Shown: one piece after another, positions 18,401-30,400 of the stretch
How the letters are laid out: every line of letters begins with the position of its first letter
How positions within the stretch are numbered: position 1 is the stretch's first letter
DNA from: a virus
IMG/VR virus record: IMGVR_UViG_3300025120_000001
Location: 32,001-96,000 of that record
Strand: one strand, 5' to 3'
DNA length: 64,000 nucleotides
Position numbers and translations under genes: made by a program
The notes under the pieces: model-generated
Databases searched by the model: none
What the model was told of the DNA's origin: nothing
Seen by the model: only the letters and a program-made list of their open reading frames with translations

Positions 18401-21400
18401 GGTACACCCATTGCACTCATTGTTGTAACAATAGCTAATGCATTTCTACTAAGACCAAGTTTAGCGGCAAGTCTTTCTTTAGCGTTATCCGTCATTGCCG
18501 TAATTAACGCAGATATAATATATTGTTTTCTTCTACCTAACGTACCATCTTCTTTTAACTCTTTAGATCTATCTACTGTTTTTCCATTTACCTTGTCTTC
18601 ATTAAATAGACCATTGTAAACTTGACCTCCAATATTTAGTTCATAGCCTCCACCTGGAATCATTTTAATGCCTTCTTCTTGAATAAGACTTAGATATAAG
18701 TTTGGTAGTACCGCAGCTCCAATTGATTTTGCACCCTCTTTATTGTTTGCAAAACCTTTCCATTTACCAAATAAATTATTAGCATCAATACCATCCTCAC
18801 TTAACATCTCAGCTAGCTGAGGAACTTCTCCACTTATCCAGCTCCAGGTATCTTTTAATATTTCCATATCAGCAGGCTCATAAGAAATAGCAGATTGATC
18901 ACCGTCTCTTGTAGTATTTCCAGCATGTCCCATCATAGAATATTTGAAATCTAATATCTCATTATTATATCCTGATGAAAATGGATATCTACCTGTTTTT
19001 TTATGATAGCTTTTAAAAGCTTTCTCATTCATTGGCAAGTTTAGCATTCTCAATGCTTTTATAGCATTAGGAGAAAACCCTAATTTTCTTGCTGCTTCTA
19101 GATCTTTATCTGATAGTGAATTTTTTGTTCTATCATTTGCTTTTGCCGCAGCTTCAGCAAAAGTACTTCCTGATTTTTGAACAGCTTTATTAACCCATTT
19201 AAGATAACTTTCAAAGTCATTAGTGTATTCCTTAATAACCTTTTGCATTTTAGGTTTTGTATAAGGCTTACCTTTAACTCTAAGTTTATCTTTTATTATT
19301 GAACGGCTTGGTTGTGTACCTCTTATATAGATTCTTTTATTATCACCTCTCTTGTGAGGAATTTCATAATAAGTAGCTCCATCTTTAGTTGTACCAAGAG
19401 CTTCTTGTATTTCTCCAAAGTTTTTACCTCTACCCCCGTCTTTAATTAAGTTTAATTGTTCTTGAGCTTGTGCTAGATTATCTACAACCCAAATATCAAC
19501 AGGATCTCCCGTAGCATCAACTTCTGTTTTATGCTCATACATATCAACAACAACATCATAAATTTTAGTTTTTTCTTTTGTTGCTTCTAATGTTGTATAG
19601 CCATCCTTCATTTGGATGTACAACTTATCAATATCAAAATCGGCCCCTGACACCTCAACCAGTTCTCTTGCTGAAACAATAGTTGAACCATAAAATACCG
19701 GTAGAAAATCTACAACTTTTATATTTACTGTTGAATGATTATCCTGAGATGGAATACGTATACCAAACATTTTAGATAAAACTTCAGGTATTGATTTACT
19801 AGGAACTTGATCATACATTGTATATGCATCCTTTGAATGAACCGGCATCATAGATTCTGTATACTTTATACCTGTATACTCGCCATCTTTATACTCTTTC
19901 ATATCAGGTCTAAGTCTATCTTTTACTATAATAAACTCACCCTCCTTCATATTTTTGAGTCTTTCATTAAGACTATCAAACTTATCTTGATTGTCATCAG
20001 ATAAATCTAAAACTTCATTTCCGTATTTCTGAACATCATCTATAGAATAATTATTCTGAAAATCATCAGTCCTTATAATCTCTTGTCTATCTATATAAGA
20101 TTTTCCGTCTACTTGTTCTGTGCTATATATCTTTCTATATTGCTTGAACCCATAATCAGAAAGCAATGCTGCTGCTGTACCTGGTAGCTTTTCAGACATT
20201 ACGCCTTTACTAAAATAGCTTAAGAATAGTTGTTTAAACTTTTGGGCTACTATAGGTGTATCCTGAGCAAAATCAAAATTTGGATTACCTTCTTCATCAA
20301 AGCTGAAGAACTCCAATAACTGAGCAGATGAAGCGCTTGCCTTTAATGCTGTTTGTGCATACTTAAGGAATGATATAAGATCCGGACTAAGTTTTTTAGC
20401 GTCTATAGATTTATGCAACTCATCCATTGCATAGTCAGATTCCATATCAAAATTAAGATTTCTTTTATCTAAATACTTCTGTTTAAGTCTTGAATCTACA
20501 GCTCTATTATAAGCTAGCTTAATAGCGCCAATAGTTGTAAGCTCACCATTAAGTATAACTTCTGTATTATCACTTTGCTCTCCTGTTATAAGAGTTTTGA
20601 TTTGAGTAGGATCAATGATCTCAGATTTATTTGATGGATTTAATACTTGAAGACCCATGTAATTAGCATCCAATTCCATAACTTGATCATCACCAAAACT
20701 TTCATCTGTTTCACTAGTTGATTCAAAGTCTAATCTTCTAGCCATGTAGCTACCTGTATTTGCAGGGCCCAATAACTTAGATTCTTTTTGAGTTATTGTA
20801 TTACCTGAACCAACAAGAGCATCAATTGGTGTTATGTTTTTCTTCATCATCTTTAGTGCAGATAATGGTGCAACCATTGCTACAGTATCTATACCTTTAT
20901 CTAACTGATCTTGCTCATATTGTTCCATCTTAACCCTCATATTATGAAGATCTTCTCTACCGGGCTTAGCTACCCAGTTACCGTTTTTATCTTTATAAGA
21001 AGTTAATGCTTTAGTAAGAGGTACAACTGAAAATTTATCAAAGACTTTACCATCACCATAAACAAGCTTTTTAGAGTTAAGCATTTCTTGTTTCTTAACG
21101 GCTCCTGCTGCACCAAATATTTCATCAACAGATATATCTGCGCCATCTTCTATTTTATTTAAAAGAGCTGATTGTGTTTCTGTTAATTTACCAAACCCAA
21201 ACCACATGTATCTAAATGCTTTAAGACTCATCCAGTTTTGGGCATCTGCTTGTTCTATATCTTCACCTGTATGTATTGATGTACCTATCGGATCTGTTGT
21301 AGCAAACATTGATATTTTTTGTAATGGATTTAGAATACCATGTTGAGGTGATGCAATTCTACTAGCCGCACTATAGTATGCGGCATTTTGCATCTTAGCT

Positions 21401-24400
21401 CTTTTAACTGCATCAACGGCATCTTTAAGAGTTAAAGCCTGATCTCCTAAAAGAACATCATTCATTGAAGAAGTATTAATCCAATCATTAATGAATATCT
21501 GTTTAGTATTGTAAGTCCTGTTTCCAGTTAAATTTAACTTTTCATTAGCTCTTTGAAACTCCGCTTCACTACCTGTAGAGTTTTCATTTCTTTGAACACC
21601 TTGACTTAAAAACTTTGGTAACTCTAATATTGGTTTACCATTTTCATCTATTCTGTAAAACTCACTATTAATATCTCTGTTAAATTGAACAAACTCTTGA
21701 TCAATTCTTGAACGCATATATGCTCTAAGTTGTTTTTTGTCTTTACCTATTTTACTGAGGGCGCTATCTAACGTTAACACTTCCCTTTGATCTGCAGGTA
21801 ATGCTGCATTTTCTCTTATTAATTTTTCTAATTCAGCCGCATAATTAAAGGTTCTAACATTTAATAAATCTCGTATAGCTGTAGCTATATCATAATCTTC
21901 TTGTTCAGCTGCTTGCTTCTCTCTTTCTACTAATTGTTCATTATCTAATTCTAAAATGTTTTCATCAACAAGTTCATATACATAAAATTCTTTATTACCT
22001 TCAATAAAGTCTTTCATCTTGTCTGATTCTACCCAGTATGTATTATTACCAACTGTTGCTTCTTTTATGTGAGTTGTTGTTTTATTATCAGATATAGCGT
22101 CTCCTAATTTATCATATATGTTTGTCATTGTCAGCTGACTAACTTTTCTAGATCCTACTAGTTTTACTCTGTTAAACGTTGCTTTATCTCCTTTCTTCTT
22201 TACAAACTTCTTTTTCTTTTTTATTTCCTTGACTTCACCTATTGACATTTCTAGGTTAGTTGATTCACCTTCAGCAAAGAACCCCATAGATGTTGCCCCT
22301 TGTTCATCTTTGATAAATATTTTTTGAGTTCCAGCTCTAAGTCTAGCAACGGTTGCTTCAGTATCTAGCAATCTTCCAGTTTCAAGCTGCGTAGAAGGGC
22401 TATCTTTTGGACTTAATACAAGCTTGTTGTTAGTAAATTTAAAAGCTCTATTGTATCCAATAATCTTACCGCTCTTGTCTCTTATTTCTACTTGTCTATT
22501 CTGACCATCTTTAGTAGCATTATACCCAGGATGAAGCTCTTCAGTTCTGGTAGCAGGATCTAACTCTCTTTGAATCCTTGCAAATTCCCCTTCAATATTT
22601 TTTTCATATGCATCTAATGCTGCATCAGTAACTTCAGCATCACCTTGAGCATTAGTCTTAACCGCTTGTATGATAGGTAATTCAACCATATCCCCTGTGT
22701 TAGATGCTTCTATTACTCTTAGTAATACAGGAGCCAATGCTATCATTTCATCTTGACCTTCTGGGATAACCCCTCTTTTAATTTTACCGGACTTAGGATT
22801 AACCCCTGCCGTATAAGCACTTAATAAAGCATGTAAAATTTGTTTAGGGTTAAAGTCACCGTAGTTTACACCTTCTTCATTTCTATCATATTTTTCAACA
22901 ACCCCACCATCTCCGTCTACTTCAATTCCTCTACTAGCCTTACTACCTGCTATTCTTGTTACTTTCAATAAACCTTCTCTAGACATTTGCCTAAATGCCG
23001 GGTCATTTAATAAATAATTACTAGCAAGGTATGGATCTTTGTCAATGAGATCTTGAAGAGCCTTAGCGTTATTATCTACATCATTTAATTGAGCTATTCT
23101 TTTTAAATGGAATGTGGGTAATTGATGAGCATAAACTAAATCTCCAGCTGGGTTTTTAAAGACCGAAGAACCAACTGTTTCATCAAACATTGAGTTACCT
23201 AAACCAAGTTTACGCAATCTATTGTAAACACCTTCTTCTCCAGTTTGAGACATTAGATTTTCATTTGCATCAAATTGTTCTTTCATGTAAACAATATCAT
23301 CCCACTCAATGCTTATTACATCTGTTCTAGAATTTAAAATTTGTTGTTGCCATTTTGTTGGGCCTAATCTTTTCTTTCCTTTAGCTGCTGTTTCTTTTTG
23401 CAACTTAGTAGGTTGTACTATATTACCTGCAATGCTATATTGTATGTAATCAGGGTGTAGCTTAATACCCATAGTTTTAGATAACACCTCTGAAACTTTT
23501 ACAGCAACTTCAGCTAATTTTTTATTTGATATATAACCAATTGGATCTTTTGGATTTAAGTAATCTAATAATACATCAAGCTGGTCTGATGCGTCATCTT
23601 TCAATGCCGGATCTGATAAATACAATCTTCTTCTATGTTTATATTCAGTTTCCCATTTTTCAACTTGAGTATGTGCATCATCTCTATTAGCAGCAGAGTA
23701 AGCTAAAGTTTGACCGTCTGCTGTATTAGTGTGTAAGAATAAATAATCAACTTTAAAGTTTTCAAAACCTTTAAGTAGCGCCTGAAATAATAAATTGTCA
23801 TTAGTTTCTCCTGGAATTATTCCATTTTCTAATTGATCTTCCCATACTAAACCTAAATCATTAAATAGTTTTTCTTGAACTGCTTTAGTTTGAGGATTAT
23901 TTTGAGAGAACATATAGATTTGCTGTAATATTCTTACGGGATCTGATGTACCACTAGCAGCTTTTAAGAATCCTGAATATGCAGAAGCAAAATCTACAGG
24001 AATAATAATTTTTATTCTATCATCCGGATCCGCCTCTGGGTTAATATATTCATTGCCAAATTCATCTTTTTCAGATAGTGTAGTTGTAGCTATATACTTT
24101 CTTAGGAATGATGATAATGATCTAGTACCTCCTACTTGAGACGCATCTTTTCCATACTGCTCAGTAGTTCTAAGACCATACTCCATTTCGTTCTCCATGT
24201 CAAGATCATCCATCATCTCTAACTTAATGTCATATAGCTCAAGTTCTTGAACAACTGAATCTACTATATCTTTTCTAAAGTTTTCAAATGCATTTGTAAT
24301 ATTTGACAAGTTTAACAATTGCTGCGTTGATACATTAGCATACTGAGCATTATCAATATTGTATAAAGCTTTAAATGCATCTATAGATTCCTCAACTGTA

Positions 24401-27400
24401 TCTACAATGTTAAAATTAGGATCTTCATTAAACATTTCTAAATCAACAACCCTTGCTGTTATAGCTGAAACTATTCCTCTACCTTGTTTATTAGGTATTG
24501 TTTTATATACTTCTTTACCTTTTGCTGGCGTTGATGAACTATATCTAAGCAGTTTACTTGCATCCAGCGTAATACCCATAGTAGCTGAATCTGTAAAAGG
24601 ATTAGATACTGCTTGACTATTCTTAAACTTTCCTGCACTGATATCTTTATATAAAGCTTGAAGTTGTGTAGCGTTATACTTTCCAAGAACGTTTCTGATC
24701 CACTCAAGTATTTTATTAAATAAAGACTTGATGAAAGAATCTGTTTTTGTTTTAGCTGGACTTTGTTTGAATATTTCAAACTGATCTGCCATATACTCTT
24801 CCAAGTACTCTTTCTCAAGACTTTCTTGACTCCAGTTTCTATATTTATTGATATCACCATTTCTTAATTTTTCTAGCTCTACTTTTAAGCTCTTACCTTC
24901 TGATCTTAGTTTAGATAATACTTCTGTTTTGGCCAGCTTGTAGTAAACATTTTGTTGATCTGAATTTAATAACATTCTAAATACAGCATGGAATGCTTCA
25001 TGGTATGCGTACTTAGATGTTGCACCTACGTATAACTTACCGTTTATTTTTTCATTACCTGCTATTCTACTCATAGCCATAACAAAAGCACCTACTCTTT
25101 CTCCTCCAGATTTCATATTGTCTCCTAGAGTTCTTATATCTTCTATAGAAATAAAGTCTGGGAGATTAGATGAAGCCCAAGATAAAAATTCATCTATATG
25201 TTTTAGATCTTCAAGATTTAAATTGTCTGATATTTTGTTTGCTGTATTACCTAAATCAGATTCTACTTTAGCTAATTGTTTTTGAAGTTTTATAATTTCT
25301 TTATCACTCAATAGCTTTTTCATGATCTCGCTATTCTTTAGTTTACCTACTGAGTCTTTTCTTATTTTTACTTGTCTTACTTCTATCTTAGCTAGTAAGT
25401 TATTTCTTTCTGCTATTAAAGCCGCTCTATCCTTTTGAACAGCGCCTGTATCTGAAGTAGCTGCATTAGATGTAGGATTATCTACATTGTACTTTGTTTT
25501 AGATAGCAATCTAATAGATGTTCCCATTGGAGAACCTAGTATCTCCAACTCTCTAATTGTTAAAGCCTTTTCTCCTTGTTCAGAAAGTTTTTGCGCTAAG
25601 TATTCTCTTTGATCTTTACTAAGACCCTGAAAGTCATTTGATTTTTGTTTATCATATTCTTCTTGACTTAGCTCTTCAATACTTGCAATCTCAGCAGCTG
25701 GGCCATCCGAAGCAGTTGGACCATCTTCAGTTTCAGCTTCTTCACTTGGACTAGTGTTACCATCAGCGCTTGTTGATCTACCTGTGGTAGTCATAGATAT
25801 TATAGCTGTATTTTTTATGTCTGAAACTTGTACCCCTTTAATGTTTGCTATTAATTTAGAAGCCCCTCTTACATTTGGAGATATTTGTGTAGTAACAGAC
25901 TGCTCAATTTCTTCTGTAGTAACATTCTTATCAAATGAAATTTTAAATGCATCCTTTTTAAGCTGACCATTTTTTTGAAGATTTTCAAAGAATACTTTTT
26001 TCTTTGCAAATGCTTTATCAGTAACATCTATATTACTTATGTAATCATTATAGTTAGTTATTAAAGCTTCTATAAATTTTTCTTTATTATCAAACTCAGC
26101 ATACTCTTGCACTTGTTCAGCTGACATTATAATATTATGAGACTGCTTTAATTTTCTATCATAAGCTCTAATAAATACTGAACCATTAGCTCCTACATTA
26201 ACTTCAAATGTATAGCCAGGTTTACTCGCCATATAAAATCCAGGTGAATCCTGTACTTCTCCAGCATTAACTTCTTGATTAAATATAGAATTAAACTTTA
26301 GATCTTTAGTTTGCTTTGTCTTCTTACCTTTCTTTACCTCTACCTCTTGTACATTTTCTTTTAATGTTTCCGCAGATCTTTTTATTAAAGTCTCCGCAAG
26401 TGCTGCCGTTCCTTCTGTACTCAAAGAGTCTGACTTGATTGGAAAATATGAATATACACCAGAAGAACTTTTTACAACCATCACATATCTAGAAGCATTA
26501 GATGCACCGGAATAAAGATTTGGATTTTGAGCATTCATTTCCGCTATAATCTTTTTCTTTACTTTAGATCCTTCTCCTCTTTCAGCATTAGTAATAAATC
26601 TAGTTGATACAGTACCGTCCTTACCTTTTTTGTTTTCTAAAACTACTGTTACACCATCAACACCTTGAACATTAAGATCTAATACCGGTTTATCTTTCTT
26701 GTCAAACACTAGTTCACCAGGTGTAGTAAAAAAGTTTACACCACCAATATCTTCTAAAGTTGTTACTAGAGATTCTGAGTCTCCCATTTTTTCTGCAATA
26801 GAGTTCATTATTTGAAACTGTATTGCAAAGTTTCTTTGTATATCGGAAGCTGCAGTTTCAGCAGGTCCTGAATAGTTAAACAAATCTTTTATTTGATCTT
26901 TAGTTATAGACAAAGGATTAATAGCCTGGCCATTTGCATCTGTTAATATCACATCCCCATTTGGTATATACCCAACCATTCCAGTTGCTTTTCCTTCCGC
27001 ATCCATAGCAATAGGTATCCCAGCTTCTTCAAGTTTTGCATTTATTCTTTTTGATGTTGAGCTTTTTAATTTTAATCCAATGTTATATGGTGACTTAGTT
27101 GTCCTAATAAATGGATTTTTTTCTTTATCCTCAAACTTAAGATAGCCCCCTTCTCTATCAAGTATTGCACCACCTTGTTCGTTTTTAGTAACTATAACTT
27201 CTAGCTCATTGAGTTCTTTCTCAGTTAGGTTTTTAAGTATAAAGTCATATCTTCTTCTACCTATCTCTAGAACTTCTTGGTAATTAGTTGTTGCATCGTT
27301 TCTATGTGGTATAGCAGCTGTTGCTTCATCCACTCTTAACTTACTTGCATTTGCTGGTAATTTTGCTTTACCTGCATTAAATACTTCAGGGGTAAACCTT

Positions 27401-30400
27401 TTTAAGAAGTCTCCTTCTTTTAGTCTTGTTGCTTTTTTAATACGTTGTTTAGGATCTAAAGTATAAGCCTTGCCTTCTTCTAGAACCAATAAGTTTCCAT
27501 ACTTTTCTACAGTTGGTTTAGTTGATACAACAACATACCATTTTTTAGTTTTTGAGTCTTGAATTCTATCTCCATAGTTTAATGTCTGACCATCAAACTC
27601 AAATGAATCCATTGTAGGTACATAGTTAGATAGTTTAGCTCTAGCACTTTCAGCTTTTCCTTTGCTTGTAAATCCTTCTGCTAATATTGGATCTAAACCA
27701 GCAGCCTCATACATAGCCTCATCTAGAATATTCCCGGCTTTATCAACTAATACATAAAATGAAGTAGCTTCTTCTGTTTCTGGATTGATAACTAATTTTT
27801 CTAAAATATCTATAGTAGCGTTAGATGAATCTTTACCTTTAGTTTTATCATCCTCTTCAGTTACACCTTGTTCATCCTTTAATTCTGGTAAAAATATCTT
27901 TAATGATATTCCAGTTCTACCGGATGATGCCTCTTTTAATACTTCACCAACAAGATCATTTGTTCTTTGAAGTGACAACCATTCCTTAAATCCTTTATCT
28001 GAATTAAAGACTTCCATTTTAGCATCTCCATCTAGACCTTGTAGAGTTTGAAACCAAACTTTCTTTAATCCATTGTAGCCTCTCATAATATCTTTTGATA
28101 AAGACTCCTCTAAGAATTGCTCCCATGTAGGAATTTTTTTAGCTCCTAGTTTCAGCAACATTCCTCTTTTTTCTTGATATACCCTTTTTAAAACTTCATC
28201 AAGATATGGCGATTCACCTGCTGTTTTACCTACCATTTTAGAATCTGGTCCTTCTATACCAGCATCATCCAATATAGAGCTTACACTTTGATCTCTTTTA
28301 ACCGGATCTTGAGCTGACTCTTTTGCTTCTTCAGCTCTTGTTTCAGCGTCTTTTTTTAATATGTCAGATGCAGTTTGTCTATATACAGAAATAGCAGCTT
28401 GAACTTTTTCATATAATACGGGATCATCTATTTGATTAACCGGGCCGTCTTGATTAAAGAAGTTTGTTAAATATTTAGGATCTCCTGTAGCTCCAAACAA
28501 AAGCATATCTTCTTGACCTAAATATACACCTACATTAGCAAATTGATTTAAAAGAACATTTATCTCTTCTTTGTTTATAAATCTTTCAATAGACTCTCTG
28601 AATAGGCTCATTTTATTTTTATAAGCAAATTGAAAGTATAACTCAGATCTTTTTAGCATGTCATTTAAGTACTCGGGATCAGTCATAACCCTAAGCGCTT
28701 TATCATACATAAATTGTCTTGCATTCAAATGATCTGAATCTATAATAAGATCAATGACATCTTTAATCATTTCATTATTAACAAATGCTTTTTTATCCTT
28801 ACCTATATATTCTAAATACTTTACAATAGCCGGTGTCAGTTTAGTCTGAAGACTTCTTCTATCAAAGCCTCCGTCTTTTTTCTGACGTTTAGGATCATAT
28901 AGTATTGCTGAAATATCTTCAAGAAGCTTTAGTTTTTTAGCTCTTCTATTTTTTTCTCTCTTTGCACCAGGTTGATCTAATACTTCTACCTCAGTTCTAA
29001 GAGCAGCCATCTCTTCCATCATGGCTTCTTTTGTAGTAAGTACAGTTAAATCATTTGCAGCTAGTTCTTTAATAATAGGGTGAGATGCTAACTGATCATA
29101 TATTTTTTCAGTTCTTTCAGCAGCTCTTTGGAAGCCATCTTTTGTAAATAGGTATAAATCTCTAGCATGTCTTTGAGCTAAAAACTTTAATGTTTCTTTT
29201 TCATGTTGTTTAGACCCCGGTTCATACAAACTTGGATCTGCAGTAATGGTAAGTTTATCTTTATTTTCATTAAAGTCTTTTTCCATTTGCTCCAATCTCC
29301 CCAAATTTTCTTGGATTTGAGATCTTAACTTTCCTTCTTTAGCTCTAGCTTTTTCAGAAGGGAATGCTTCTGCTAATTCTTGATCGGTTAACTCTAAATA
29401 ATCTTGAAGTTGCTCTTTAAAAAATTCTTGTTTACCTGTTTCAAATAAAGTTTTTAAATTTTGGAACTCTGCCATATCACGAGTATCCATAAAATTCATA
29501 ATGTCCCCTTCAGATTGAGCTTGCTCCATTGCTTCACTCGCTTGCTTTTGCACAATGAAATTCATTTGATCTGGATTCATCAATGGATTAGACGGATCCA
29601 TGGCCATAGAATCTCCATGCTTATTCATGTAAGAAACAAGATTATCTAAAGTTGTCTTTTTGTTTGCTTTATGTTTATCAAATGCGGCTTTATCTGTACC
29701 TATTGTATACAGTGTAGGTATACCTTGGAATATTGCCTTCTGAGGTAAATTAATTACACCACCCATAAAGAAACCTGACATAAATGTCTCTAAACCTTGA
29801 GAGCCCATTTGAGCACCTAAACCAGATGAAAGGGATGATGAGAATAAAGCTGAACCGCCAGCCATAGGATCAAATTGTATTGCAGTATAATAATCTTTAA
29901 CACCTGCAGATACAGCTTCTTGATAAACTTCTTGCAAACCTTCTGAAATATTTGCAGCCGAATATCTTAAAGCACCATAAGCAGCCATAGTAGCCCCACC
30001 TCTTAAACCATCTGATTTTAGTTTTTTAGCTATAAACTTCCAATTTAGAAAGCTGTCTTCAACACCCTCATAGATACCTTTTTGGACTTGTCTTTTACCT
30101 GCATTAGCTCCTTCTTTTACAACTTTTGTTGCAGCCTTACCTCTTACAATTCTACCAAAGCCTGAATCTATTGATTCTTTAGCTATTTGAGAAAAGCTTC
30201 TTTTAAATCCACCAAAAGCATTTCCAAGTAACAACTGATTAGACAAGTAAATTACAGGAGCATTCCACATTGTTGTTGTGAATGCGGCTGACTTAGCATC
30301 TTGTTCTACCTTTGCCATTTGCTCTGTACTAAGTTCTTCTCCTAATCCAGCTAGCTTATTCTTTTGTCTTTGTATTAAATAGTTCTTTTGCCATTGCTCT

